Source of the DNA: Synechococcus sp.
GTDB lineage: Bacteria; Cyanobacteriota; Cyanobacteriia; PCC-6307; Cyanobiaceae
Length of the DNA stretch: 64,000 nt
Direction of reading: 5' to 3'
Assembly (NCBI GenBank): GCA_047285535.1
Contig: JBJBDC010000001.1
Span: 2,240,136-2,304,135 of the forward strand
The position numbers and the translations under genes were made by a program. Shown here piece by piece: positions 51,897 through 63,009 of the stretch. The notes under the pieces were generated by a model, which saw only the letters and a program-made list of their open reading frames with translations, ran no database searches and was not told the DNA's origin. How positions within the stretch are numbered: position 1 is the stretch's first letter; every line of letters begins with the position of its first letter.

Positions 51897-53765
51897 CTAG
51901 TTGTCCAGCTCCACATCCAACACCTGACCGTTAAAAAAATCGGCAAATCGCTTCACCTTCTCATCCATGATTGAGGGTTCGCTTTCGTCTGCAGATGCAA
52001 GCGGGGTAGAAACCTTTGCCTGCTCTGCGGCCGCTTCTTTGGTGTCTGTTGAGACAACGGGTTGCTGAAGCGCAATGGGTCTTGGAGTTGCAGCTGGCGG
52101 TGAGGGTGCAGCAGGGATTGCTGTTGGAGATGGAGATGCTGTTGGTTTTGTTTCAGAAGGCTTTGGATTGGCAATGGGCTTGGTTGGTGTGGAAGGTGGG
52201 GTTGAGGCCATAGGTGCCACACCGCCATGGTTTTCCAGGACGAGTTGTCGATTCCCACCGACAGCACGCTTGATGGCTTGCTCCAGCAAGCTCGCCCTGC
52301 TTTGCACCATCCCCATCCAATTCCCGGCGACTTGCACTACTGCTCGATGGGGATCAAGCCGGACCAGTTGGGCCTGCTGTGACAGAAGCATTCGGGTGGA
52401 TGGGAGCTCGAGACTGGCCAGAATCTGTTGCCATAGTTCAGGCAGATTGTTGGTCTCAGGTGCTGTGGCTGGTTCTGGGGTTGATGCCGCGGAAAGCTCT
52501 GCCTTGACGACGGGTTGTGGATCCGTGTTGGGAAGGCTGATCGATGCTGCCACTGCCTCAACTGTGGATGCCCCCGCTGAGCGGGAGGGGGCAGCTGCAG
52601 GGACTGAGGGCGCACTGGTGCTTGATGCAGTGACTTGTTGAGTGCTGACTGGCGACACAACTTTGGTCTGGGCTTCGGCGAGTAGACCCAGCAGCAGCAC
52701 TTCCAGCCACAGCCTTGGCTGGACGCTTTGACGTAGTTGTTGCTCGGTGCCTTTGAGTTGTGCCTGCCAGTGCAGCAGTCGCTGACGACCAAGGCGTTTT
52801 GCTAGGGGAGGCAATTGATCCCGAAATTGTGGTGAGACCCCGGTGAGTTCCGGACGATCTGGTGCGGCGGTCATTAACACCAGATCGCGAAGAATGCCTG
52901 CAAGGCCCTGAAGCACAGCGCCTGGGTCTCGACCACGATCCAAGAGGCGTCTGCTCGCTTCCAGAAGGGTGAGGGGTTCTCCCTCTGCAAGCGATTCAGC
53001 CAGGTTGATCAACTCCTGTTCCGGAACAGCTCCCAATAGGTCCCAGACGGAATCAGCTTCGATTGGACCTGGAAGAAGGCTGAGCTGATCCAGAAGGCTT
53101 TCGGCATCGCGCAGTCCGCCTTGGGCGCGCTGGGCGATCACATGCAACGCTTCTTCTTCGATGGGAATGGATTCCTGTTCGGCAATCCAGGCCAAGTGCT
53201 TGTTCAGGGCTTCGAGAGGAATTCGCCTGAAATCAAACCGCTGGCAGCGGCTGAGGATCGTGGGTAGCACCCGTTGTGGGTCGGTCGTGGCCAAGACGAA
53301 CACCACTTGTGGTGGTGGTTCTTCCAGCGTTTTGAGCAGTGCATTAAATGCGGCTGTGGAGAGCATGTGGCACTCATCCACCACGTAAACCTTCCAGCGC
53401 CCTTGGACGGGTGCAAATCGAGAGCGTTCGATCAGATCACGAATGTTGTCAACACCGGTGTTGGAGGCGGCATCGATCTCGATGACATCGAGCGCGGTGC
53501 CTCGAGCAATCGTGGTGCAGAGCTCACAGGTACCGCAGGGTTGAGGTGTGGGGCCGTCATGGCTGAGACAATTGAGTGAGCGGGCCAGGATCCTGGCACT
53601 GGAGGTTTTTCCCGTGCCGCGTGGACCACTGAAGAGATAAGCGGGGGCAATCCTTCCAGATGAAAGCGCATGGCCGAGTGTGGTGGCAATCGCTTCCTGG
53701 CCCACCAGCTGGTCAAACCGTTGAGGACGGTATTTGTGATGCAGCGGCTGATAGGCCTGACTCAT
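51897..53765 (-). CDS. dnaX: DNA polymerase III subunit gamma/tau
   Basis: KYRPQRF, GPRGTGKTS, EIDAAS, DECHML and ILSRCQ. Confidence 0.96.
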   Translation of the reverse strand: MSQAYQPLHHKYRPQRFDQLVGQEAIATTLGHALSSGRIAPAYLFSGPRGTGKTSSARILARSLNCLSHDGPTPQPCGTCELCTTIARGTALDVIEIDAASNTGVDNIRDLIERSRFAPVQGRWKVYVVDECHMLSTAAFNALLKTLEEPPPQVVFVLATTDPQRVLPTILSRCQRFDFRRIPLEALNKHLAWIAEQESIPIEEEALHVIAQRAQGGLRDAESLLDQLSLLPGPIEADSVWDLLGAVPEQELINLAESLAEGEPLTLLEASRRLLDRGRDPGAVLQGLAGILRDLVLMTAAPDRPELTGVSPQFRDQLPPLAKRLGRQRLLHWQAQLKGTEQQLRQSVQPRLWLEVLLLGLLAEAQTKVVSPVSTQQVTASSTSAPSVPAAAPSRSAGASTVEAVAASISLPNTDPQPVVKAELSAASTPEPATAPETNNLPELWQQILASLELPSTRMLLSQQAQLVRLDPHRAVVQVAGNWMGMVQSRASLLEQAIKRAVGGNRQLVLENHGGVAPMASTPPSTPTKPIANPKPSETKPTASPSPTAIPAAPSPPAATPRPIALQQPVVSTDTKEAAAEQAKVSTPLASADESEPSIMDEKVKRFADFFNGQVLDVELDN

Positions 53766-53788
53766 GCACGACCCGCGATACCGTGAGG

Positions 53789-54484
53789 CTACTCAGCTGC
53801 ATCGCTGGTGGAACCCTCATGGCGGTCGTTGAGTAAATTGCTGATGCGTTGTTCGAGCTCTTCAACGGCAGCCAGCTCATCAGCCAGGCTTTGGCCAGCT
53901 TGAATTAGCTTCAAGCTCTTTCCGCTGTAGCGATTGGTTGCGCCATTGTTGGGCCCCCCACGAATCCAGCCTTCAGCTTGTTCAAGAGTTCCTTCCAATT
54001 GTTCGAGCAAGGTCTGACGAAGCTCCTTCAGCTGGATTAGGCCGCGACGAGCGCGGGCCCGTGATTGTTCATTGACTAAACCTCGCTTCAGCAGCAGCCG
54101 GAGTCCTGTGAGAAGAGCAGCAGGCATGAGCTGGCCCAAGGCCAAAGCGCCGAGGCTGGTGGTATGCAGTAAGTTCTCAACTTGTCCACTTTGATGACGG
54201 CCAGTTTTGCACCAGCTGGCAAAGTGTTCGCAGTTGTTGAACAGCAGGTTGTAGCGCTGTTCGCCGATGCGGCTCATGGCTCGTCGAAGGGTGACGCCTA
54301 CGGGTGATGGATGGTCATGCTCAACGACACTGATCTCAAGCCCGCGTTTGAAGTCTGCCAACGGACTACGCAAAATTTCTCGCCCTTCGAGGTAGTGGGC
54401 AATGGTTCCATCGCCTAGATCGATGCCGTGATGCAAGAAAAGACCGTGCTGGCGAGGAACAGAAAGGTGGTCAGCGGCGGACAT
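53789..54484 (-). CDS. LRAT / NC-domain (permuted NlpC/P60) protein
   Basis: HHGIDLGDGTIAHY and YNLLFNNCEHFA. Confidence 0.85.
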   Translation of the reverse strand: MSAADHLSVPRQHGLFLHHGIDLGDGTIAHYLEGREILRSPLADFKRGLEISVVEHDHPSPVGVTLRRAMSRIGEQRYNLLFNNCEHFASWCKTGRHQSGQVENLLHTTSLGALALGQLMPAALLTGLRLLLKRGLVNEQSRARARRGLIQLKELRQTLLEQLEGTLEQAEGWIRGGPNNGATNRYSGKSLKLIQAGQSLADELAAVEELEQRISNLLNDRHEGSTSDAAE

Positions 54485-54496
54485 TCACGTTGAAGC

Positions 54497-55852
54497 TCAG
54501 GCTGATTCTTTGTGCTGGTTGTTGCCGGGCAGGGGAAGAACTTTGCCACCTGTGTTCTCTTCGACCATCGCTTTGGTAATGGTGAAGTTGGTAATGGTTT
54601 GATCGGAAGGCAGCTCGTACATCACATCGAGCATCAACTCCTCAACGATGCCGCGCAAGGCGCGCGCGCCGGTTTTACGTCGGTGGGCTTCTTTGGCAAT
54701 CGCTTCAACAGCTTGGGCTTCGAAGTCCAACTGCACGTTGTCCATGCTCAGCAGGGTCCTGAATTGCTTCACTAGCGCATCACGCGGTTCGGTCAGGATT
54801 GATTCGAGAGCACGTTCATCTAAAGGTTCGAGCACAGCGCTGACGGGCATGCGTCCGATGAACTCCGGGATCAGTCCATACTTCACTAGATCATCCGGTT
54901 CGAGGTGACGGAGCACTTGCGCCGCTTGAATATCACGGGTGGCGCGGTTGCGGCCCCGTCCATCGTTGGGCACAAAGCCGATGGCATTGCGCCCCATACG
55001 CTTTTGCACCACGTCATCAAGCCCAACAAAGGCTCCACCGCAAATGAAGAGGATTTGACTTGTGTCGATCTGGATGCAGTCCTGATAGGGGTGCTTGCGG
55101 CCGCCTTGGGGCGGCACGTTGGCCACAGTGCCTTCGAGCATTTTCAGGAGGGCCTGTTGCACGCCTTCGCCTGATACGTCACGGGTGATCGAAGGGTTTT
55201 CGCTTTTCCGAGCGATCTTGTCGATTTCATCGATATAAATAATTCCCCGCTGGGCTTGGTCAACATCCATATCTGCTTTCTGCAGGAGCCGTAGAAGAAT
55301 ATTTTCAACGTCTTCACCGACGTAGCCAGCCTCTGTGAGGGTTGTGGCATCGGCAACGGCGAAGGGCACATCGAGCATTTCTGCCAGGGTTTGGGCCAGC
55401 AGGGTCTTGCCACATCCCGTAGGACCAATCAGCAGGATATTGCTCTTGTGCAGGCGGGTGGCCGTTTGTGCCGTTTCTCCTTCTCCATCACCTTGCCAAG
55501 CCAGACGTTTGTAATGGTTGTAAACGGCAACAGACATCACCTTTTTGGCCGCTTCCTGGCCCACCACCTGTTCGTCGAGGAAACTCTTGATGTGCTGAGG
55601 CTTTGGAATCGTGGCCAGCGTTGGAGCAGGTTTACTGGGTTTGCTAGTTCCTCCTGCAGCAGCTTTTTTGGAGGGTTCAGTCCCGTGACGGGGGTTCCCC
55701 TGAGCATCGATCAGTTCTTCATCAAGGATCTCGTTGCAGAGATCAATGCACTCATCACAGATATAGACCCCAGGACCGGCGATCAGTTTTCGAACTTGCT
55801 CCTGGGACTTTCCGCAGAAGGAGCACTTCAGATGGGCGTCGAATTTGGCCAT
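54497..55852 (-). CDS. clpX: ATP-dependent Clp protease ATP-binding subunit
   Basis: CSFCGK zinc finger, [22 protein letters not shown] and IGF loop. Confidence 0.97.
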   Translation of the reverse strand: MAKFDAHLKCSFCGKSQEQVRKLIAGPGVYICDECIDLCNEILDEELIDAQGNPRHGTEPSKKAAAGGTSKPSKPAPTLATIPKPQHIKSFLDEQVVGQEAAKKVMSVAVYNHYKRLAWQGDGEGETAQTATRLHKSNILLIGPTGCGKTLLAQTLAEMLDVPFAVADATTLTEAGYVGEDVENILLRLLQKADMDVDQAQRGIIYIDEIDKIARKSENPSITRDVSGEGVQQALLKMLEGTVANVPPQGGRKHPYQDCIQIDTSQILFICGGAFVGLDDVVQKRMGRNAIGFVPNDGRGRNRATRDIQAAQVLRHLEPDDLVKYGLIPEFIGRMPVSAVLEPLDERALESILTEPRDALVKQFRTLLSMDNVQLDFEAQAVEAIAKEAHRRKTGARALRGIVEELMLDVMYELPSDQTITNFTITKAMVEENTGGKVLPLPGNNQHKESA

Positions 55853-55940
55853 CGGGCTCTGGTCACGTCAAACGGAAAGACAGAACCGGTCGGAGTGGGA
55901 TCGGACTGAGTACGTAGGATCGTTGAGAAAGTGGGCTCTG

Positions 55941-56630
55941 TCAGCCCCCCGTAATGATTCCTTCGCTCCCAAGGTTGTCCACCACGCGATCGATCAAACC
56001 GTATTCAACCGCTTCTGCGGGAGAAAGAAAGTAGTCCCTCTCTGTATCTTCAGTGATTTTGGCGAGTGGTTGGCCCGTATGTTCTGCCATTAGGCCGTTA
56101 AGGGTTTCTTTAAGAAATAAGATTTCCTGAGCCATGATTTCAATGTCGACGGCCTGTCCTTGAGCACCGCCAAGGGGCTGATGAATCATGATCCTCGCGT
56201 TAGGAAGGGCTAATCGTTTGCCTTTGCATCCTCCGCTGAGCAAAAACGCTCCCATGGAAGCAGCTAGGCCGTAGCAGATCGTGACAACGTCTGGTGCTAC
56301 TTGCTGCATGGTGTCGTAGATCGCCAAACCAGCTGTAATCGATCCACCTGGTGAGTTGATGTAGACCTGAATGTCTTTTTCGGGATCTTCTGCTTCCAAA
56401 AAAAGCAGTTGTGCTACCAGGGCATCAGCCATTTGGTCATTGACGTCTGTCCCGAGAAAAATGATTCTCTCCCTGAGGAGACGGGAGTAAATGTCAAAGG
56501 AGCGTTCACCTCGCCCGGATTGCTCCACAACAGTGGGAACTCCAGGAGAAGCGGATGGGGTGTGAACTGAAACAGGAAGAGTTCCCTGCCAGCGATTCTG
56601 TATCGGATGTTGGCTGCAGGCGTTGATCAC
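55941..56630 (-). CDS. clpP: Clp protease proteolytic subunit
   Basis: [23 protein letters not shown] and MIHQP. Confidence 0.96.
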   Translation of the reverse strand: MINACSQHPIQNRWQGTLPVSVHTPSASPGVPTVVEQSGRGERSFDIYSRLLRERIIFLGTDVNDQMADALVAQLLFLEAEDPEKDIQVYINSPGGSITAGLAIYDTMQQVAPDVVTICYGLAASMGAFLLSGGCKGKRLALPNARIMIHQPLGGAQGQAVDIEIMAQEILFLKETLNGLMAEHTGQPLAKITEDTERDYFLSPAEAVEYGLIDRVVDNLGSEGIITGG

Positions 56631-56676
56631 GCGGCGGCGGGCGGGGGAAATGATGGAATCAATCTATGGCCGAAGA

Positions 56677-58026
56677 TCAGGCATCGGTGGAACTTGGCTT
56701 CTGCTGTTCAGGAGCTTTTTCGCTCACGGTGCAGTTTTCTTCGAGCCAACCCAGCAGTTTCTCTTGCAGAAGATCCTCAATGACAGCTTGACGAAGGCGC
56801 TTGGGATCGATGTCACGCTCTCCTGAGAGTTGGCCTTTGACCTCCTTCACTTTCGCGTCAATCTCGGGGTCCTCAAGCTTCAGGCTTTCGGCTTCCGCCA
56901 GGGCAGAGAGGGCGAGGCTGCGGCGCAAGCGCTCTTCTGCTTCAGGGCGTGAAGATTCCATCAGATTGCGGACCAGCTCTGGTGTGAAAAGGGATTTGAC
57001 ATCCATTCCCTGCTGTGAGAACTGAGCTGCGGTTTGTTCCACAAGGTTGCGAATCTCCTGTTGCACCAGGGTCTCGGGAAGTTCAACTTCGAGTTCCTTC
57101 ACCAGTGCGGCAAGCAGGGCGTCGCGACGGTTGCTGGTGGTGCGACGCTCAGCGTCATCCTTCAAGCGCTTCTCTAGGTCGGCACGGAGTTCGGCCAGAG
57201 TCTCCTGCTCGCTGGCTTGTTTTGCGAAGTCATCATCTAGGTCAGGGAGTTCTCTCGTCTTTAGATCCTTGAGTTCGATCTCGAAGCTGGCCTTGCGTCC
57301 GCGGGCGTCTTCTTTTGGGTAATCCTCAGGAAAGTTGCAGGCAACGGTTTTGCTATCGCCAATCTGCATCCCCACCACACCCTCAATGAAGCCTGGGATC
57401 ATGCGGCCATGCTCGAGGTCTACATCCATCGAATCGGAGGTGCCACCTTCGATCTCACTACCGTCATCGCTGTAGGTGCCCTTAAAGCCAACCACTGCGA
57501 TATCGCCTGCCTCAGCCTTGCGGCCTTCTACCGGGACCACAGTGGCGAGTTGACGACGGGACTGTTCCAACATTTCGTCGACTTTGGCGGCATCAAAACT
57601 GACGCTCTCCGCTTCAGCTTTGAGGCCTTTCGTGGCCTTCAGTGTCGGTGTGGGAGCCACATCGGCTTCAAAAGTGACCGACAGGGGCTTTCCAGGTTCA
57701 AAGGACTCCAGCAAGGCTTCGTAGCCGCCATCGACCTCGGGTTGGCTTAGCGCTTCAATCGTTTCCTGCTTGATGGTGTCACGCCAGATGCCGTCAACGA
57801 GATTCTCGAGCGCGGTTGCGCGAATGCGCAGTCCGCCAAGTTGTTGCACCAGAACTGAGCGTGGCACTTTTCCTTTGCGGAATCCAGGCAAATTCACGCT
57901 GCGGCTGAGCTGTGAGATCGCCGCTTCGTAACTGGCCTTACTGCGTTCGGCTGGAATCTCTACTTCAACGGACAGTCGGCTGCCTGGGCGGGCTTTGGAG
58001 GTGACCTTCAGGCTGGCGGCACTCAT
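56677..58026 (-). CDS. tig: Trigger factor
   Basis: [13 protein letters not shown]-like MIPGF and FPEDY; tig-clpP-clpX order. Confidence 0.96.
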   Translation of the reverse strand: MSAASLKVTSKARPGSRLSVEVEIPAERSKASYEAAISQLSRSVNLPGFRKGKVPRSVLVQQLGGLRIRATALENLVDGIWRDTIKQETIEALSQPEVDGGYEALLESFEPGKPLSVTFEADVAPTPTLKATKGLKAEAESVSFDAAKVDEMLEQSRRQLATVVPVEGRKAEAGDIAVVGFKGTYSDDGSEIEGGTSDSMDVDLEHGRMIPGFIEGVVGMQIGDSKTVACNFPEDYPKEDARGRKASFEIELKDLKTRELPDLDDDFAKQASEQETLAELRADLEKRLKDDAERRTTSNRRDALLAALVKELEVELPETLVQQEIRNLVEQTAAQFSQQGMDVKSLFTPELVRNLMESSRPEAEERLRRSLALSALAEAESLKLEDPEIDAKVKEVKGQLSGERDIDPKRLRQAVIEDLLQEKLLGWLEENCTVSEKAPEQQKPSSTDA

Positions 58027-58200
58027 CGGCGTCGGTTAAAAGCAGAATTAACACTTTAATTAAGTGCCTGTCCGATGCCATCCGCGTAGGCTGGATACAA
58101 CGCCTAGGCAGTTCCCTTCGTCTTTACAACGGCAGGAATTGATGCAGTGGGTGGCAAGTAGCCACCACTAACTCCAGATTTTTGTTCCGGTTTCATTCGC

Positions 58201-59232
58201 TTGATTTCCGCCGCACTATTTCCCAATCGACCGCTCACCGTTGCTGTGCTTGGTGCCAGTGGTGCTGTAGGGCAGGAGCTCCTTCAGCTTCTGGAGGAAA
58301 GGACCTTTCCTGTGGCTGAACTGAGGCTTCTTGCTTCAGCTCGTTCGGCTGGAAGTTCCTATCAATGGAAGGGCCAGAAGCTCACCGTTCAAGAAACCAG
58401 AGAAGAGGCTTTTGAGGGTGTGGATTTGGTCCTCGCCTCTGCAGGCGGCTCCGTTTCAAAGGCTTGGCGTGAGGTGATTGTGGCTTCAGGAGCCGTAATG
58501 GTCGACAACTCCAGTGCTTTCCGTATGGAGGAGGGTGTACCTCTTGTGGTGCCAGAGGTGAATCCCACTGCGGTGCAGGAGCACCATGGCGTCATCGCTA
58601 ATCCAAACTGCACCACGATTTTGCTCAGTTTGGCGTTGGCACCATTAGCGGCGCGGCGGACTCTTCGCCGCGTGGTGGTCAGTACCTATCAATCGGCTAG
58701 CGGCGCCGGTGCCCGTGCCATGGATGAGCTCTGTGATCTTTCCCGTGTGGTGCTTGATGGTGGCACCCCCATCAGCGAGGTGTTGCCGCATTCGCTTGCT
58801 TTCAATCTCTTTTTGCACAATTCCCCTCTTCAGGCCAACGGATACTGCGAAGAGGAGTTGAAGATGGTTCATGAAACCCGCAAAATCATGGGCATTCCCG
58901 ATTTGCGTTTCACTGCAACTTGTGTGCGAGTTCCGGTTCTGCGCGCTCATTCAGAAGCGGTGAATGTGGAATTCCATGAGCCCTTTTCTGTAGAGGAGGC
59001 TCGTTCACTCCTTGCGGCTGCTCCTGGTCTTGAGGTACTCGAAGATATCGATCACAATCGTTTTCCAATGCCCACCGATGTGACTGGTCGAGATCCGGTG
59101 ATGGTGGGGCGTATTCGCCAGGACATCAGTGAGGAGAACGCTCTCGAGTTTTGGTTATGTGGCGATCAGATCCGTAAAGGGGCCGCTCTGAATGCCATCC
59201 AAATTGCTGAACTGCTTCTTCCCTCAGGCTGA
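58201..59232 (+). CDS. asd: Aspartate-semialdehyde dehydrogenase
   Basis: [28 protein letters not shown] and [10 protein letters not shown]. Confidence 0.96.
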   Translation: MISAALFPNRPLTVAVLGASGAVGQELLQLLEERTFPVAELRLLASARSAGSSYQWKGQKLTVQETREEAFEGVDLVLASAGGSVSKAWREVIVASGAVMVDNSSAFRMEEGVPLVVPEVNPTAVQEHHGVIANPNCTTILLSLALAPLAARRTLRRVVVSTYQSASGAGARAMDELCDLSRVVLDGGTPISEVLPHSLAFNLFLHNSPLQANGYCEEELKMVHETRKIMGIPDLRFTATCVRVPVLRAHSEAVNVEFHEPFSVEEARSLLAAAPGLEVLEDIDHNRFPMPTDVTGRDPVMVGRIRQDISEENALEFWLCGDQIRKGAALNAIQIAELLLPSG

Positions 59233-59237
59233 TTTAT

Positions 59238-60146
59238 ATGAGTCTCGCTGCTGAACTTTCTCCGACTCCCTTTGGCCGTTTGTTAACGGCCATGGTGACT
59301 CCCTTTGATTCAAACGGACGCCTGGATCTGGCCTTGGCGGGTCGGCTGGCTCGACATCTTGTGGATGAAGGCTCCGATGGCATTGTCGTCTGCGGCACTA
59401 CAGGCGAATCGCCTACGCTGACCTGGCAGGAACAAGTCAAGATGTTGGAGGCGGTCCGTCAAGCGGTGGGCCCTGACGTGAATGTATTGGCAGGCACCGG
59501 AAGCAACAGCACGAGTGAAGCGGTAAAGGCCACGCGAGAAGCGGAGGCTGCTGGCGCTGATGGAGCACTTGTCGTTGTTCCCTATTACAACAAGCCCCCG
59601 CAAGAAGGCTTGGAAGCTCATTTTCGAGCCATCGCCACGTCGGCCCCTGAACTGCCGCTGATGCTTTACAACGTGCCTGGTCGAACTGGATCGAACATGG
59701 CTGCAAGCACGGCTGCTCAACTGATGGATTGCGCCAATGTGGTGAGCTTCAAAGCCGCCAGTGGTTCGATCGAGGAAGTGACCAACTTGCGTCTGGCCTG
59801 TGGACCTCATCTGGCTGTCTACAGCGGCGATGATGGCTTGCTTCTTCCGATGTTGTCTGCTGGTGCTGTGGGTGTGGTGAGTGTGGCCAGTCATGTCGTT
59901 GGCAAGCGTTTGCGCCACATGATTGATGCGTTTTTCAATGGTCAGAATGCCGTTGCTCTTGGTCAGCACGAGCAGTTGACGCCGCTGTTCAAGGCTCTTT
60001 TTGCCACCTCCAACCCCATCCCTGTGAAAGCTGCTCTCGAGCTGAGTGGATGGCCTGTGGGTGCTCCTCGTCTTCCTTTACTACCTCTTAATTCAGCCAT
60101 GCGCGATTCCTTAGCCGACCTGCTCACTGCCCTGCGTCAAACCTGA
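59238..60146 (+). CDS. dapA: 4-hydroxy-tetrahydrodipicolinate synthase
   Basis: TAMVTPF, GTTGES, PYYNKP and YNVPGRT. Confidence 0.96.
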   Translation: MSLAAELSPTPFGRLLTAMVTPFDSNGRLDLALAGRLARHLVDEGSDGIVVCGTTGESPTLTWQEQVKMLEAVRQAVGPDVNVLAGTGSNSTSEAVKATREAEAAGADGALVVVPYYNKPPQEGLEAHFRAIATSAPELPLMLYNVPGRTGSNMAASTAAQLMDCANVVSFKAASGSIEEVTNLRLACGPHLAVYSGDDGLLLPMLSAGAVGVVSVASHVVGKRLRHMIDAFFNGQNAVALGQHEQLTPLFKALFATSNPIPVKAALELSGWPVGAPRLPLLPLNSAMRDSLADLLTALRQT

Positions 60147-60198
60147 CGTTCCGGCTGCTGATTCAGATTTTTCTTTTTTAAATCCTTCGCGACATTGA

Positions 60199-62247
60199 TT
60201 GATGACATCCACCGTTTCCAAAACCAAGCAGGCCAGCCTTCGTGTGATTCCACTGGGTGGTTTGCATGAGATCGGCAAGAACACTTGTGTGTTCGAGTAC
60301 GGCAATGATCTGATGCTGGTGGATGCCGGTTTGGCGTTTCCCAGTGATGGCATGCACGGAGTGAACGTGGTGCTGCCCGACACCAGCTTCCTGCGTGAAA
60401 ACCAGAGTCGGATTAGGGGAATGATCGTGACTCACGGTCACGAAGATCACATCGGTGGGATTGCTCATCATCTCAAGCATTTCAATATCCCCGTTATCTA
60501 TGGGCCCCGTTTGGCCCTGTCCATGCTCACCGGAAAGATGGATGAGGCTGGCGTGACCGACCGCACCACCCTCCAAACGGTGGGTCCCAGAGACGTGGTG
60601 AAGGTGGGACAGCACTTCTCGGTGGAGTTCATTCGCAACACCCACTCGATGGCTGACAGCTTTTCGCTGGCGATCAGCACCCCGGTGGGAACTGTGATTT
60701 TCACCGGTGACTTCAAGTTTGATCACACCCCAGTCGATGGTGAGCACTTCGACCTGGCCCGTCTTGCCCATCACGGTGATCAGGGTGTCCTTTGCCTGTT
60801 CAGTGATTCCACAAATGCTGAGGTGCCTGGCTTCTGTCCGCCTGAGCGTTCGGTGTTTCCCAACTTGGATCGCCATATCGCGGAAGCGGAAGGGCGGGTG
60901 ATCATCACCACCTTCGCCAGCTCGATTCATCGCGTTTCGATGATTCTGGAGTTAGCACTTAAAAATGGCCGCAAAGTGGGGCTGCTTGGGCGCTCGATGC
61001 TGAATGTGATCGCGAAGGCCCGTGAACTTGGCTACATGCGTGCACCAGATGAATTATTCGTGCCGATCAAGCAGATCAATGATGTGCCAGATCGCGAGAC
61101 ACTCTTACTGATGACTGGCAGCCAGGGGGAACCCTTGGCCGCTTTGAGCCGGATCTCCCGTGGTGATCACCCTCAAGTGAAGGTCAAAACCACAGACACG
61201 ATCATTTTCTCTGCGAGCCCGATTCCAGGCAACACCATTTCGGTGGTGAACACGATCGACAAGTTAATGATGCTGGGCGCCAAGGTGGTGTACGGCAAGG
61301 GCGAAGGCATCCATGTTTCTGGGCATGGTTTCCAAGAAGATCAGAAGCTGATGTTGGCGTTGACCCGTCCGAAGTATTTCGTGCCCGTGCATGGTGAGCA
61401 CCGCATGCTGGTGAAACATGCCCGCACCGGCCATTCGATGGGCGTGCCTGAAAACAACACGCTGATTATCAACAACGGTGATGTCGTTGAACTCACTCCA
61501 GATTCGATTCGGAAAGGGGATCCGGTCAAAGCAGGCATTGAGCTGCTCGATCAGTCCCGCAATGGAATCGTTGATGCCCGTGTTCTGAAGGAGCGTCAGC
61601 AGCTCGCCGAAGACGGCATCGTGACAATCTTGGCTGCAATTAGCACTGATGGGGCGATGGTGGCTCCACCCCGCGTCAACTTGCGAGGAGTTGTCACCAC
61701 AGCGGATGCGCGAAAGATGTCCCTTTGGACCGAGCGGGAAATCAAATGGGTGCTGGAAAATCGCTGGAAGCAGCTCTGCCGCCAGCTCGATGGATCGTCG
61801 CCTGAAGTGGATTGGATGGGCGTGCAGCGTGAGGTGGAGGTGGGCTTAGGGCGACGCATGCGCCGCGAAATGCAGGTGGAGCCCTTGATCCTTTGTCTTG
61901 TGCAGCCTGCACCTGGTGGCACACCGGTTTACAAAGGTCGGGCAGATTCGGAGCCTGATACCAGGCCTGTATCCCGCGGTCGCGGTGGACGACATGGCGG
62001 TCATGGCAATGGTCAGGTCCGTCGTGATCGGAATGCGACCCCGGCTCGCGTCGTGCCTTCCCGTGTCGTTGGAACACCGGCTCCAGCACCGGCACCGGCA
62101 ACCTCTGCTCCACCAGTGACGCCAGCAACCTCTACAACTGCAATGAAAGAACCGGTTGCAGCTTCCGCAGCTGTGGATGTCACTCCTTCTCCAGAGCAGG
62201 AGATGCCTGCTGGCCGCACCCGTCGACGCCGTTCAGCTGCGGCGTAG
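60199..62247 (+). CDS. rnj: Ribonuclease J
   Basis: PLGGLHEIGKN, THGHEDHIG, TGDFK, DSTNA, HVSGH and PVHGE. Confidence 0.95.
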   Translation: MMTSTVSKTKQASLRVIPLGGLHEIGKNTCVFEYGNDLMLVDAGLAFPSDGMHGVNVVLPDTSFLRENQSRIRGMIVTHGHEDHIGGIAHHLKHFNIPVIYGPRLALSMLTGKMDEAGVTDRTTLQTVGPRDVVKVGQHFSVEFIRNTHSMADSFSLAISTPVGTVIFTGDFKFDHTPVDGEHFDLARLAHHGDQGVLCLFSDSTNAEVPGFCPPERSVFPNLDRHIAEAEGRVIITTFASSIHRVSMILELALKNGRKVGLLGRSMLNVIAKARELGYMRAPDELFVPIKQINDVPDRETLLLMTGSQGEPLAALSRISRGDHPQVKVKTTDTIIFSASPIPGNTISVVNTIDKLMMLGAKVVYGKGEGIHVSGHGFQEDQKLMLALTRPKYFVPVHGEHRMLVKHARTGHSMGVPENNTLIINNGDVVELTPDSIRKGDPVKAGIELLDQSRNGIVDARVLKERQQLAEDGIVTILAAISTDGAMVAPPRVNLRGVVTTADARKMSLWTEREIKWVLENRWKQLCRQLDGSSPEVDWMGVQREVEVGLGRRMRREMQVEPLILCLVQPAPGGTPVYKGRADSEPDTRPVSRGRGGRHGGHGNGQVRRDRNATPARVVPSRVVGTPAPAPAPATSAPPVTPATSTTAMKEPVAASAAVDVTPSPEQEMPAGRTRRRRSAAA

Positions 62248-63000
62248 GGAACGCCAAGCCAACCCCAGTCTCTTGTGCCACCGAGGTTGAGGTTTTTGGT
62301 TGTCCATAGCCGATCGTGTCGGAGTCGATTCGAGGTCTTGGGTGCCCTTCAAGGTTACGCGCAGTAGCCCTGCTTCCAATCGAGTGGGGTCGATCTCAAA
62401 CTGGCGATCGACCGATGCGGGTGAAGTCTCTTGAGGGATTCGTACCAAGGGGTCTTCAGCATGCTGTTTTGCTTTGTTGAGTTGTCTTGGTTCATCAGCT
62501 TCTTTCTTCAGCCAAGGGATAGCGGTGTTCGTCTCTTCAGCGCCGCGTCCTCCCGAGGTTGCATGCGTTGAGCTGGAGTTCAAAAATGGATCACGAATCA
62601 GATCATTACTCGCTGGTTGCTTCGCTGCCTCGTTTGATTGAGCTGATTCATCTTCAGCAGCAGCAGAAACAGAAACATCAACGACAGGTGATCGCTCTAG
62701 GGCTTCGTTGAGGCCTTGTTGGGCAAGCTCTCTGAGGGTGTCTTGCGGTTCGCTGGCCAGCACGAGCCTGTAAAACTCTGTCCCCTGGCTGACATCGTCC
62801 TTTCCATAGAGGTGGATGTGGCCGAGCAGCAGTGCCACAAAGGCACGCCAGGCCAGGGTGGCCTCCCGTTCAGCTCCTGAGGACGGCAGAGGGTCCAGCT
62901 TCCCTAGCAGTTGTCGTGCCACATCTTCTGCTTTGCTGAAATCGCCGGCGCTGTAGGCCTGCTCAGCGATGACGTATTGCTCTTGAAAGTCAGCGTCCAA
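62233..63000 (-). CDS. Hypothetical protein (N-terminal TPR-like helices)
   Basis: 255-aa ORF directly downstream of tilS. Confidence 0.65.
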   Translation of the reverse strand: MDADFQEQYVIAEQAYSAGDFSKAEDVARQLLGKLDPLPSSGAEREATLAWRAFVALLLGHIHLYGKDDVSQGTEFYRLVLASEPQDTLRELAQQGLNEALERSPVVDVSVSAAAEDESAQSNEAAKQPASNDLIRDPFLNSSSTHATSGGRGAEETNTAIPWLKKEADEPRQLNKAKQHAEDPLVRIPQETSPASVDRQFEIDPTRLEAGLLRVTLKGTQDLESTPTRSAMDNQKPQPRWHKRLGLAWRSLRRS

Positions 63001-63009
63001 GCTTGTTTG

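Noticed and set aside
59310..60930. Long antisense ORFs over dapA and rnj (likewise over sqdB, efp and the HI0933 gene)
   Set aside because: They overlap well-supported genes on the opposite strand and show no recognisable motifs
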